Shown here in pieces: positions 44,878 through 54,336 of a stretch of 54,530 nt of DNA. Each line of letters opens with the position of its first letter. Position 1 is the first letter of the stretch. Both the position numbers and the translations under genes were made by a program. Source of the DNA: a virus (Duplodnaviria > Caudoviricetes). The notes below the pieces were generated by a model. The model saw only the letters and a list, made by a program, of their open reading frames with translations. It ran no database searches and was not told the origin of the DNA. The stretch covers positions 1-54,530 of the IMG/VR virus record IMGVR_UViG_3300012943_000039. One strand, given 5' to 3'.

Positions 44878-44973
44878 CTCTAGATTGAGATAGGCACGGA
44901 TTGTGTCGTCTCAGTGTCGCGACTGGTACGGGCTCATTCGCGACGTCGTTAACGCCCGAGGAAAACAACAAAC

Positions 44974-45825
44974 ATGACTGAGAAGAACGTTACTCCAGGC
45001 GCTCCGCAGACAACGGCAATCGCTCATCCCACGTCAGCTGTCCCGGCGGTTCCGGCGCCTGCGACTGGCGGCACGCTCGCGAACATCCCGAAGGATCTTG
45101 CTCGTGACGCAGGTCGCGGTACCGAGAACATCGGTGCCGGAGAAGTTCGTCCACCGCGCGTGAAGATCTGTCAGAGCGGCAGTCCGCAGCGCAAGGAAGG
45201 CAACGAGAAGCAGATCGCGGGACTGCAGGAACTCGACCTGTTCAACGATCTGTCCGGCGATATCTACGGACGCAAGCTGACGTTCGCCGTCATTGCGGTC
45301 CTGCCGTCGAAAGGCATTCAGTTCGCAGCTGACATGTCGGTCGTCGACTTCGACGTGCCGCTGAACGATCCGCGGATGCAATTCACCGCGGGTGCGGACG
45401 GCAAGCGCGTCAAGCCCGTCGCCTCGCTCTTCCACAATTTCCTGTGCTGGCTCCCTGACTCGTCAGAAGTCGTCGTCTTGTCGATGAGCAGCACCTTGAT
45501 CCCGACGGCGATCAAGCTCAAGGGAATGTTGAAGCTGCCGTTGAAGCTCGACGGCAGCATCCTGCCGAATCCGCCAGCGTGGGCGCGCCTCTACGAAGTC
45601 GAAACGAAGATGAAGAACGAGGGACAGTATGCGTGGGGGATTCTGAACCTCAAGCAGCTGGGCGTAACGCCGCCTGACGTGCGCGAAGTCTGCTCGACAC
45701 TCGCAGCGTCGTTCGAAGGTCGCACCATCGCAATCGACTACGACGCTCCGGCGGACCCGGAAGCGGCAGCGAACGCAGCTGCCATCGACACGACGGCCGT
45801 CAAGGAAGAACCGAGCGACATGTAA
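44974..45825 (+). CDS. Putative single-stranded DNA-binding protein
   Basis: GTENI...PRVKICQSGSPQ family motif, acidic C-terminal tail, own promoter and terminator, position in the replication cluster. Confidence 0.65.
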   Translation: MTEKNVTPGAPQTTAIAHPTSAVPAVPAPATGGTLANIPKDLARDAGRGTENIGAGEVRPPRVKICQSGSPQRKEGNEKQIAGLQELDLFNDLSGDIYGRKLTFAVIAVLPSKGIQFAADMSVVDFDVPLNDPRMQFTAGADGKRVKPVASLFHNFLCWLPDSSEVVVLSMSSTLIPTAIKLKGMLKLPLKLDGSILPNPPAWARLYEVETKMKNEGQYAWGILNLKQLGVTPPDVREVCSTLAASFEGRTIAIDYDAPADPEAAANAAAIDTTAVKEEPSDM

Positions 45826-45873
45826 GAGCTTCGCTGAACGCCGCAAGGTGTGTCACGGCGTTCAATCGAGGGC

Positions 45874-45912
45874 GGGCGGTTCGTCGGGAGGGGCGGACCG
45901 CCCGTAGCTTTC
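45874..45912 (+). terminator. Hairpin terminator candidate after the putative SSB gene
   Basis: GGGCGGTTCGTC...GGCGGACCGCCC stem followed by GTAGCTTT. Confidence 0.5.
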
Positions 45913-45930
45913 AAGAAGTGAGTTTGTCAC

Positions 45931-46158
45931 ATGATGGATCGTATCGTCGAGCTTCGACGAGTCTACGCACTGACAAAACATCGCATTCCAAACAAGCTGA
46001 AATTTTCTCCGCTTGAGGCTGCGAAGTTCTGTGAGTGGTTGAACTCGCTTGGTGAGAACGATCCATTTCTTGGCTTCTCGCCGTTCGGCAAGCAGATCTT
46101 TGGAATGACTATCGAAGAGTCACACGACGTTGAAGGTATCGTCGTGTGTCACGAGTGA
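45931..46158 (+). CDS. Hypothetical protein (paralog of 42147-42410)
   Basis: ENDPFLGFSPFGKQIFGM. Confidence 0.6.
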   Translation: MMDRIVELRRVYALTKHRIPNKLKFSPLEAAKFCEWLNSLGENDPFLGFSPFGKQIFGMTIEESHDVEGIVVCHE

Positions 46159-46162
46159 ACCT

Positions 46163-46429
46163 ATGGACTACACAGCTGAGCAACTTGACGCAGTAGTCGG
46201 AACGTATCTGCTCGACGGCGCGATCAAGATTCTGTCGCGTCCGAAGCGTTACGATCTGCTCGACGGATTCACCTGTCTAGCGAACGTCAACGGCGCACTC
46301 TGCGTCATCCTCGTTCGCTTGCGACCGTTGCAAGAGTCGTCGAGTGTGACGCATGTCGAGGGGCCGGGACGCTCAGAACACGCTGCCGAGGATAACTCAG
46401 GCGAAGAGAACCGATGGCAGCTAGACTAG
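46163..46429 (+). CDS. Hypothetical protein
   Basis: 88 aa from ATG 46163. Confidence 0.45.
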   Translation: MDYTAEQLDAVVGTYLLDGAIKILSRPKRYDLLDGFTCLANVNGALCVILVRLRPLQESSSVTHVEGPGRSEHAAEDNSGEENRWQLD

Positions 46430-46559
46430 CTGGATGGGGCGGATTCTGCTCACGCCCTGCGGGCGCCTGAGCCGTCCTAGAGCATTTCGTTAGATTTGCT
46501 AGAGATTTGAGCGATTCTGCTTTATTACATTTTCGTTAGAACAAGCTGAGGTACGAAAG

Positions 46560-46853
46560 ATGTCAGAAATACCCGCCGTCACGACGTTCAACAGCATCGA
46601 CAAAGACGCGACATGTCAGGAAGCGTCTCCGATGTCTGGCAATCGCTACATCGCGTGCGCTGAGCCCGCTCGTGCAATCGTCGCGTCAGACGGACGCGCG
46701 TATCTCATGTGCGCTGCGTGCGCAGTTCATAACCTGCGGAACCGTGGCGCGGCGCTCATCTTCGCAACGGATGTCAGATTGAAGCGCATGATTGCGAACA
46801 AAGAAGTCAAGGTCGTCAAGGCGCCTGACGGTCGCGACTATTCGGCGCTCTGA
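46560..46853 (+). CDS. Hypothetical Zn-binding protein
   Basis: GAGG RBS; C...C..PA...MCAAC..HN..NRG. Confidence 0.6.
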   Translation: MSEIPAVTTFNSIDKDATCQEASPMSGNRYIACAEPARAIVASDGRAYLMCAACAVHNLRNRGAALIFATDVRLKRMIANKEVKVVKAPDGRDYSAL

Positions 46854-46936
46854 TTACAAGGTCGTCACTCGACCTGCGAAAAGCGAGCGTCGACAGGTGA
46901 CGCCCGTGAGGATTTGCTAAGGATTCTGAGGTTTCC

Positions 46937-47122
46937 ATGCTGAGCATGAAACTTGCACTAGACGTCAGCATGGCTAACGACGCAAAGACGATGACTGCTG
47001 ACGAACTCGACATGTGGCACGCGAAATTTCATGCTGCGTCGATGGAGCGGATGATGCGCTCGTTGTTGCCACGTGACGAGCGCGAACTGCCGCGTCAAGC
47101 GGCGAAGAAAGAAGCTGCGTAA
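46937..47122 (+). CDS. Hypothetical protein
   Basis: GAGG RBS; 61 aa. Confidence 0.5.
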   Translation: MLSMKLALDVSMANDAKTMTADELDMWHAKFHAASMERMMRSLLPRDERELPRQAAKKEAA

Positions 47123-47322
47123 TGTATTGCATCACGCGCGCTCAGTGGGACCTGATCGATCCGATTTGCAAGATTGAAACCAAGGACGGACAGCTGTTCT
47201 TTCGTGAGACGACAGACGACGGCGAACAAATCGCTGTCCCTGTTACGCTGTCTGAAAACCCGCCCCCTGTCGACGTCCCCAGCTACTACCGCGACATGTG
47301 GCCGCTTGATCCGCGCGACTGA
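47122..47322 (+). CDS. Hypothetical protein
   Basis: TAATG coupling; 66 aa. Confidence 0.55.
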   Translation: MYCITRAQWDLIDPICKIETKDGQLFFRETTDDGEQIAVPVTLSENPPPVDVPSYYRDMWPLDPRD

Positions 47323-47341
47323 GCGCGAGTCAGGAGGTACC

Positions 47342-47680
47342 GTGTTCCGTTGGTTCAGAAGACTGCTCAGCGGTCTTGAGACGTCAGACGTGTATCTGCC
47401 TCAAAAAGGCGAGTCGCTGCCGTCCTTGATGCGCAAGACGCTACAGGCGCCGTTGCTCGTCAAGCTCGACGACAAGCGTCAACCCGTCTACCGCGTACCG
47501 GCGCCGCGTGTCATTTACGCGACAGCTGACGCGACGAAGGTCAAGATTCAGACAGCTGCTCAGACGGTCGGTGAGACGCTACAAGAAGAGCGCGTCAGAG
47601 TCGACGCTACTGACGAGACGCGACACAGAACGCGGCGCAGCGAACGGCAGCGACTCAGACTAGCTCGTCCTGCCAGATAG
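47342..47680 (+). CDS. Hypothetical protein
   Basis: AGGAGG RBS, GTG start; 112 aa. Confidence 0.55.
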   Translation: MFRWFRRLLSGLETSDVYLPQKGESLPSLMRKTLQAPLLVKLDDKRQPVYRVPAPRVIYATADATKVKIQTAAQTVGETLQEERVRVDATDETRHRTRRSERQRLRLARPAR

Positions 47681-47729
47681 ACGGACAGCGGCGAACGCTG
47701 CTCCCAGCAAACAACGTCCGCCACTGCCC

Positions 47730-47764
47730 AGGGGCCGGCCTAACGGCCGGCCCTTTTCGTTTCT
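47730..47764 (+). terminator. Rho-independent terminator where the two transcription arms converge
   Basis: GGGCCGGCC-TAAC-GGCCGGCCC followed by TTTTCGTTT. Confidence 0.8.
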
Positions 47765-47925
47765 CGCTGAAGTAGACGTCTCACGCTCAGTTGCAGCGCG
47801 AAGACGGCCAGGAACGGCGAAGCGAGAATCATTGCGGCCAGCATTGCGAGTCGAGCACTCACGATATCCTCCGGCGTGCGCTCGCTGTCGTCAATGAAGC
47901 ATGGCGCGATCTCGTCGTGGTTCAT
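47740..47925 (-). CDS. Small membrane protein at the end of the lysis cassette
   Basis: One hydrophobic segment; ATGA overlap. Confidence 0.5.
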   Translation of the reverse strand: MNHDEIAPCFIDDSERTPEDIVSARLAMLAAMILASPFLAVFALQLSVRRLLQRETKRAGR

Positions 47926-48290
47926 GACTTCAGGCTGTCGTCGTCAAGCGAGTTCATGACGTCGGCATAGCCGCTCATGCACTTCTCGACGCCTGCCATG
48001 AACAACGCCGGGTCCTTGACCTTGTGGCCCTTGAGCGCGTCAGACGCCAGGAAGACTTGCGCTGCGAGCGGTACGGCCGCCTTCAGCTTGTCGACGCCCG
48101 AGAGATTCAGGACCTGGCCCATGACTTCGACTTGCGTTGCGATGCCGGACAGCTTCGTCGTCGTGTCAACGGCCTTGTCGATAGCGCGGTCCACGTTGTC
48201 AGGTGTGAACTGCTTGACGATAGGCGCGCCGATCTGAAGGCCTGTTGATGCTTGCAAGAGAATCTGTCCGAGACGTGTGAGAAACTTCAC
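47922..48290 (-). CDS. Lysis-cassette hypothetical protein
   Basis: GGAGG RBS; 122 aa downstream of the endolysin and holin candidates. Confidence 0.65.
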   Translation of the reverse strand: MKFLTRLGQILLQASTGLQIGAPIVKQFTPDNVDRAIDKAVDTTTKLSGIATQVEVMGQVLNLSGVDKLKAAVPLAAQVFLASDALKGHKVKDPALFMAGVEKCMSGYADVMNSLDDDSLKS

Positions 48291-48302
48291 TGGGGAAACC
48301 TC

Positions 48303-48770
48303 CTAAGACTCCTTCAACACCTTTTTCAGCGCCCTCGCCATGGAGTCTGCCTGGACAGAGGGAAGCTGTTCATAGAAATACTGCTGAGCGGCGAACGAGA
48401 CGAGGCACGCAACAATCCACTCTTCAAAAGACGAGTGCTTGGAGCCGAATGCGAACGACCAGCCGTCCGGGTGCGCTGCGTCAGCTGAGTGATACGCCCA
48501 CGTCAAGCCTGAGCCCTGAAGGACAGAGACGCTGACAGCGAACCAGCGATTGGCTTTCGCGGCGCCGTCTTTAATCCAAGGGAACTTCTCCAGCTTCTTC
48601 AGCCATTCGAGAAAGCGAGGCATGAAGAACGACAGCAGCCCTGATGCCATGCTCTGCTGACCGAGCGCGACAGCTGTGGGAGTCGCGTCAGGATTGACAG
48701 CTTGCGCGTAGAGCACGGGGCCAAAGCCCACAGCACAGAGAATGATGAAGAGCTTCGTATAGCTTCGCAT
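48303..48770 (-). CDS. Putative holin / membrane lysis protein
   Basis: Several hydrophobic segments; immediately after the endolysin gene. Confidence 0.55.
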   Translation of the reverse strand: MRSYTKLFIILCAVGFGPVLYAQAVNPDATPTAVALGQQSMASGLLSFFMPRFLEWLKKLEKFPWIKDGAAKANRWFAVSVSVLQGSGLTWAYHSADAAHPDGWSFAFGSKHSSFEEWIVACLVSFAAQQYFYEQLPSVQADSMARALKKVLKES

Positions 48771-49265
48771 TTACGCCTCGTTGGTTGAGACCGGCTGTCC
48801 GTCACCAGCGAGGATGACAGGGCCAGAAGTGGGGAGCATCTTCTCCGACGGCCAACGAATCGCCGTCAGTCTGTCTTTCGAAATCCACGACGCCTTGACT
48901 GAGTTGTCTTGATTGCCGCCGAACACACGAAGCGTCCCGTCGATCTTCTGACCGAGGTAGAAACCCACGTGTCCGCCGCCCTTGCGCGAGAAGACGAGCA
49001 CGGCGCCGAGTGATGGCACGTCGAGCGGCTGGCCCCACGTCTCGTAAGAACGAGCAGACATGCTGCCGGTACTCTTCAACCCGTCTTCAATCAAGCAGCT
49101 GCCGACGAAGAGCGCACACCACGGGATATCGTCGTCTTTGAAGAACGACTTCACCCAGCCGCCGAAACGAGCGGCCATGGCGAGAATCTTTGGATTGCTG
49201 CCTGGCCCCGGCACTTCAGCGGTGCCGGTGTATTTCTTCGCGATTGTCAGCCAGCTAGGTTCCAT
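48771..49265 (-). CDS. Endolysin, TIGR02594 / NlpC-P60-like peptidase
   Basis: PWCALFV, ARSY..WG, GGGHVGF, GGNQ motifs. Confidence 0.9.
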   Translation of the reverse strand: MEPSWLTIAKKYTGTAEVPGPGSNPKILAMAARFGGWVKSFFKDDDIPWCALFVGSCLIEDGLKSTGSMSARSYETWGQPLDVPSLGAVLVFSRKGGGHVGFYLGQKIDGTLRVFGGNQDNSVKASWISKDRLTAIRWPSEKMLPTSGPVILAGDGQPVSTNEA

Positions 49266-49268
49266 CAG

Positions 49269-52200
49269 TTAACTCCGGCTGAGGCTGAAGCGCCTCCAGC
49301 TGAAACGTTTCTGAGTCGCACCCTTGTTCACGACGCCGACCATCATCACAAGCCCGACTTGGTTGATGTCATTCGGAGATGGCATGTTCCATGACGGCGT
49401 TGCGCTCGTCGCTGTCTGAATCATGCTGACAGTCTCCCAGCCGTGATTGTCGACTTGGAATGCGACAGTCAGGTTGTCCCAAGTCGGGCCGCCGCCTGTC
49501 CTGATTCTCATCAGGTATTCAGTGTTTGGCATGACTTGAGACAGAGCGCGTGTCACATACTGCGTATGACCCACGCCGATTTCTTGAAGCACGCCGACCC
49601 AACCGCCGTCGCCATCACGTGGCGCGAATCTGAACGTCAAGAATTTCACGTTCGTGCCGCTCTTCGTCGTCGGCAGGCTGAGTCCTGTCGTCTGGAATCC
49701 GCACCACAGAATCAAGTCGTTGACGACGTTACCGGTACGGACGTTCCATGACGCTTCGAAGTTGTCTTCAACGAAGACCCAATCTTGACCGAGAATACCG
49801 CTCGTGTTGTCGACAGCTGCGCCTGTCTTCATCGTCACCCATTGATGATCAGGCGTCGTCACAGGCTTACCGATATTCGGGATATCGCCAGTCGAGTCGT
49901 AGATTGGCGCAGCGCCGCCAGGGTCCTTGTCGCAGCCAGTCAGACCTGCTTGCGTGTATTGCACAAGCCCGCCTGTAACTGGCGTGTGGTTGTACCAGCC
50001 GACACGTTTCGTCAACGGGTCGAGTGCTGACGCGCTCGCGCCAGCGGTCCCGAGCAGCCCGCGGGCGCTTGAGCCGCCCATGCCGGCACTCGGATTCTGG
50101 TCGATGATCTTCAGCAACAAGTCGTTCAGGTCGAACTTGATAGACGACGCGCGCACGTTATAGCGCGGCGACACATCGTCAGACTCGTCGTGAATCTGAT
50201 CGATGGTGACATCCTGAATCAGAAAGTCGCCAACGCATGGCGGGTCTGTTAAGTCGACTTCAACGATACGCCCAGATCGTGTGTTCGGGTCCCTGGTCGA
50301 ATACGAGATCGACGTCACCGGAAACGCGAATAGTTCAAGCTCAGCAGCGCCGCGCATGTAGCACTCAAGCGGCGATTGAAGCGACGTGTCAACGATGGTG
50401 AACTCGTGGATACCGTCTGTCTGGTTGCCGTCTTTGTCGAGAATAAGACGTCCCATGATTTCTTGAGACGATTCGCTATCGACTTGACAGAACAGATTGA
50501 CGACGTTTCCAGCGACGAGATCACGAGCGATGCCATCAACCATGATGAGCACGCCAGGACCCTCAGGCGCGCTCACGCCAGCGTAGGTCATGACTTGCCC
50601 GTCGATGTAAACTTTACCGCCGCCTGTCGAGAAGAACGCAAGTTCAGCTACCGTCAGCTGAGTTGCGCCAGCTGGCGCGTCTTCAGTCAGCTGCGTTCCA
50701 ACGCCTCTGACATAGATTCGATTACGCACCTGCGAGAGATCGCTAGACGATCTGAACGGAGGATCTCTCAGGAGATACGTGTTGTCAGCGTCGATGCGAA
50801 CCGGCGTCGGCAACGTGTCTTCAAGATTCGGGCCGTCAGTGTTAGGCCATTGAACGCCGCCGCTCGGGCCTTTCGGAGTGATGACAGGCGCCGTCGTCGG
50901 CGGCTTGCCGCCAAGACCGAAATCAGTGTCATACGCGAGCGACGTATTGTCAGGAATCAGGTCCCAGCCGATTGGCTGCGCGGTGTCGACGAGATACTGA
51001 ATCGCGTCAACGTTGCTCGACTGTCCGAGAAACTTCGTGTAGACACGACGCGCGATGACAGGTACGCCGTTCAAATCTGGGCCGATTGGCAGGTTGTTAA
51101 GCCTGACTTCGTGCTGACCGTCTGAGTAGAACGGTGCGCTGAATACACCAGGCAGCGATTCCGTCATATCCGCGTAGATATACGAGATCGCGTAAGAGTA
51201 GTATCCGGGCGTCCACGTGTGCGACGTGAAACCGCCATTGAAATACGGCCAGCCTGACAGCGTGCTCGTTGTCGTCGCAGTGACAGGCAGCGTCGGGCCG
51301 ACAGGCGGCGCGACATACGGCGTCAGCGGCGCCTTTGGAACCGGGTTAGGACGTATCGTACCGCTGACAAAGCCGGCAGTCTGAAGTGTCGTCGTGACGT
51401 TATCGCGAACTTCGCTGAACAGGAACTTGTTGTATGGCGGTCTCCAATTGTTTGATGCAATCGTTATGTAGATACGACGCATCGTGACATTCAGCGAGCC
51501 GGCCGGTAGACCGATCGGGATGTTGCTAAAGTTCCAGATCTTGGTCTGATCGATCAGAACAGGCGCAGTCGCAGGTCCATATGCCGACTCTGCGCCGTTG
51601 TCGTAAACGTATGTGACTTGAAAGAACGCATACGTATCAGGACCGGCTGACCAAATGACGTTTGATTGATACGGGCCAAGCGAGAACGTCAGAGCGCCGC
51701 CTAGAGGGCCCGCGCCTCCCGAGCCGATAGGACCAGGCGTGACGACAGATTCAGGGAAGTCAGGCAGCTGAATCGCAGGCGGTGTCTGATGAAAGAAGTG
51801 GACGTCCTGGTCGTAATCGACGTACCAATGACCGCCGCCAATCGCCTCAGCAACGCGATTCAAGCACGTGTTGAAGTCTTGCGTACCGTCGAAGAGTATC
51901 GAGATGGGCGCCAGGTCTGACTGAACATACGCTGTCGTAAAGCCCTGAGCGAAGCGCGCAACGAGATCTTTGACAATCTCGCTCGCAGACACGCCGTTAT
52001 ACGTGCCGTATGGACGGCGACGATTCAGCAGCCAAGTAAAGTCAATGCACGTGACGTCCCACGCCAGTTGAGACGTGATCTCTTCATAGATCTGATCGAC
52101 GCTGAGAATCAGACCGGCGAACAGCAGACGGTCGCCATCCTGCGCGTCGATGATGTTGATCTTCTCACCGCCGACAGGCAAGTTGCTCTTGCCGTCTACT

Positions 52201-52328
52201 CGAAACGTGCATGTATTCGGAACGTTGTTCAATACGTCACGAATGACGATACCCGGCATACGCCGGATATCCTCTCCTCTGACAAGGAGAGTGTATTGAA
52301 ACCCGTTCCTAAGCGTGATGTCGCTCAT
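49269..52328 (-). CDS. Large tail tip/hub protein with C-terminal receptor-binding-like domain
   Basis: About 1019 aa; WYVDYDQDVHFF and SQVRNRIYVRG hub motifs; two internal repeats; start at ATG 52328 (TAATG coupling). Confidence 0.75.
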   Translation of the reverse strand: MSDITLRNGFQYTLLVRGEDIRRMPGIVIRDVLNNVPNTCTFRVDGKSNLPVGGEKINIIDAQDGDRLLFAGLILSVDQIYEEITSQLAWDVTCIDFTWLLNRRRPYGTYNGVSASEIVKDLVARFAQGFTTAYVQSDLAPISILFDGTQDFNTCLNRVAEAIGGGHWYVDYDQDVHFFHQTPPAIQLPDFPESVVTPGPIGSGGAGPLGGALTFSLGPYQSNVIWSAGPDTYAFFQVTYVYDNGAESAYGPATAPVLIDQTKIWNFSNIPIGLPAGSLNVTMRRIYITIASNNWRPPYNKFLFSEVRDNVTTTLQTAGFVSGTIRPNPVPKAPLTPYVAPPVGPTLPVTATTTSTLSGWPYFNGGFTSHTWTPGYYSYAISYIYADMTESLPGVFSAPFYSDGQHEVRLNNLPIGPDLNGVPVIARRVYTKFLGQSSNVDAIQYLVDTAQPIGWDLIPDNTSLAYDTDFGLGGKPPTTAPVITPKGPSGGVQWPNTDGPNLEDTLPTPVRIDADNTYLLRDPPFRSSSDLSQVRNRIYVRGVGTQLTEDAPAGATQLTVAELAFFSTGGGKVYIDGQVMTYAGVSAPEGPGVLIMVDGIARDLVAGNVVNLFCQVDSESSQEIMGRLILDKDGNQTDGIHEFTIVDTSLQSPLECYMRGAAELELFAFPVTSISYSTRDPNTRSGRIVEVDLTDPPCVGDFLIQDVTIDQIHDESDDVSPRYNVRASSIKFDLNDLLLKIIDQNPSAGMGGSSARGLLGTAGASASALDPLTKRVGWYNHTPVTGGLVQYTQAGLTGCDKDPGGAAPIYDSTGDIPNIGKPVTTPDHQWVTMKTGAAVDNTSGILGQDWVFVEDNFEASWNVRTGNVVNDLILWCGFQTTGLSLPTTKSGTNVKFLTFRFAPRDGDGGWVGVLQEIGVGHTQYVTRALSQVMPNTEYLMRIRTGGGPTWDNLTVAFQVDNHGWETVSMIQTATSATPSWNMPSPNDINQVGLVMMVGVVNKGATQKRFSWRRFSLSRS

Positions 52329-53389
52329 TACACCTGGGCGCCCAGCAAGAAGTCCATCGACTGCCACTGAACAGGACGCGCGACGTTTCCGCGCGGCTCG
52401 ACAGTGAAGTAAGGCGCCTGAGTGCCGCCTGTTGACGGGATACCAGACGTCAACGACTGTTCAGTACCGTCGTTGACAGAGAAGTAAGCCGTCGGCGTAC
52501 CTGTGCGAATGAAACGAATACGCAGGCGATAGATCGTATTCGCCGTCACGGTCCCGAGCGACGTCGTTGCAGACGTCACCGGGCCCGTCGAGTTGCGCAC
52601 GTATCCCACCCAACCGGCGTCTGGAACTTCAGTCGAATAGCGGATGCCGATAGCGTTGCCGCCGTTCGCGTCAGAAGCGGTTGGCGCGGTCGAGAAGATA
52701 CCGGCCCAGTACCGGGCTGTCGTGACGTCGGTAACAGGTCGAATCTTGAACACGATATCGAAGTCGTTATCAACCCAACCGACGATACCCTGACTGCCAC
52801 GAATGCCGGAGACGGTACCTGTCGTGTTCGCTGACTTAAATTCGATGAACCAGCCATCAGCGTTTGAGACGTTGATACGACTGATCGTGCCGGGGCTGCC
52901 TTGCGTGTTCCAGCCAAGCCCTGAACTCGACATGACACCGAAGCGCGTAAACTGCCCGGTGTTCGCGAAGAGCGAGCCGGTGTCGCTGTCGATGCCTGCA
53001 GTCACGCCGTAATACTGCGGGCCGTATCCAGTCCCCATGCCGATGCCGCGCTCGTAATACCAGCCGTAAGCTGTCGAGCCGCCACCGTATTTTCTGAACA
53101 GATAGCCGGTATTCGTGTCGCGGTACAACGTCCCTACAGGCGCGGAGAGCACGCCCTGAGGATGTCCCGTACCTGTCGACACGCCACCGCCGCCCTGTGA
53201 AACCCAGGTCGATCCTGCGTTCGTGTTGACCCAAAACGTACCGTCCGAGATGTTGCGATACGTCGAGCCACGCGGCGCAGTGACAACGCCGTCAGGAGAT
53301 CCTGAGCCGTAAAGATCGCGCGGTCCGGTGAAGATATCGCCGTAAACGACTCGATTAACGAGCGCGTCTCCTGCTGTTGGATCGCTCAT
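52328..53389 (-). CDS. Tail fibre / receptor-binding protein
   Basis: Two G.G.P.GV..AP.G..YR repeats and a beta-sandwich C-terminal domain. Confidence 0.7.
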   Translation of the reverse strand: MSDPTAGDALVNRVVYGDIFTGPRDLYGSGSPDGVVTAPRGSTYRNISDGTFWVNTNAGSTWVSQGGGGVSTGTGHPQGVLSAPVGTLYRDTNTGYLFRKYGGGSTAYGWYYERGIGMGTGYGPQYYGVTAGIDSDTGSLFANTGQFTRFGVMSSSGLGWNTQGSPGTISRINVSNADGWFIEFKSANTTGTVSGIRGSQGIVGWVDNDFDIVFKIRPVTDVTTARYWAGIFSTAPTASDANGGNAIGIRYSTEVPDAGWVGYVRNSTGPVTSATTSLGTVTANTIYRLRIRFIRTGTPTAYFSVNDGTEQSLTSGIPSTGGTQAPYFTVEPRGNVARPVQWQSMDFLLGAQV

Positions 53390-54336
53390 GGGAGCACCGT
53401 CCTTACAATGCCGAGAAACGACACGTCTTTGGCAGCTGCGCCAGTGACTACCGCTTGAAGTCGATAATTACGGTCGAGCAGCGGTGACGTCAAGACGAAC
53501 GTGTGAAGGTCGAAAGACGTACCGGTGAACGGAGTCGGGTCCGTAAACGCGACAGCGAGATTGTCAACGTCATACAGACGCAACGTCATCGACGCACCTG
53601 ACGGGACCTTGCCGTAAAGGCGAGCAGTGACGACAGCAGCATCCGGCAGAGACGCCCACGGGACGCGACGATCTCTGAACTCGTATGCGTCAACCGTCTG
53701 CGGGTCTGTCGTGATCGGCACTGCGTTGTACCAAGATCCGCCCAGATCGATGTCCATGATCTCTTCTCCAAGGTCGTAAACGGGCTCTGTCATCACCACG
53801 TCAACCCACCCGAGTGCGTGGGGCGGCGCGGTACATGAGTAGTGCTGACGATCAATAAATTGAACGTTCGTCGCAGCTACACCGCCAAAGGTGATCGTGC
53901 AACCGGGAACGAAATTGAACCCGGAAATGATGACGTCAGTACCTCCGCCAAACGGCCCATGAGACGGAACGACTTCTTTGATCGTCGCGCTGTAATACGT
54001 GAAGATCTTTTCAGCGATACCCGACTGAGATCCGCAAATGACTGTGATGTCAGTTACGCCTACCTCGTCGACTGTGACTTCAGGCACGACACAAGTAATC
54101 GTCGTCGAATTAACGACGACGACGACACCTGTTGCGGGCGTTTCACCGAATAGAACAGTCGGAAGACCGCCGTTCGTCTCCGCTCGAAAGTTCTTGCCTG
54201 TGATCGTGACCGTGATCCCGCCCGATATCCGAGACGCGTTAGGAGTAACGAACGAGATGACAGGCGTCGTGTCGACGCCTGTCAGCGACCTGAAATACCG
54301 TCGCGGACCACGGGCAGAAACCGGAGCAGAGCGCAT
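53386..54336 (-). CDS. IPT/TIG (Ig-like) domain virion protein
   Basis: Two IPT/TIG repeats: P...GG..VTITGKNF...ITCVVP and P.HGPFGGGTDVIISGFNF...SCTAP. Confidence 0.8.
   Translation of the reverse strand: MRSAPVSARGPRRYFRSLTGVDTTPVISFVTPNASRISGGITVTITGKNFRAETNGGLPTVLFGETPATGVVVVVNSTTITCVVPEVTVDEVGVTDITVICGSQSGIAEKIFTYYSATIKEVVPSHGPFGGGTDVIISGFNFVPGCTITFGGVAATNVQFIDRQHYSCTAPPHALGWVDVVMTEPVYDLGEEIMDIDLGGSWYNAVPITTDPQTVDAYEFRDRRVPWASLPDAAVVTARLYGKVPSGASMTLRLYDVDNLAVAFTDPTPFTGTSFDLHTFVLTSPLLDRNYRLQAVVTGAAAKDVSFLGIVRTVLP

Noticed and set aside
47740-48770. Rz/Rz1 spanins
   Set aside because: No convincing lipobox or nested lipoprotein ORF was seen in the lysis cassette.
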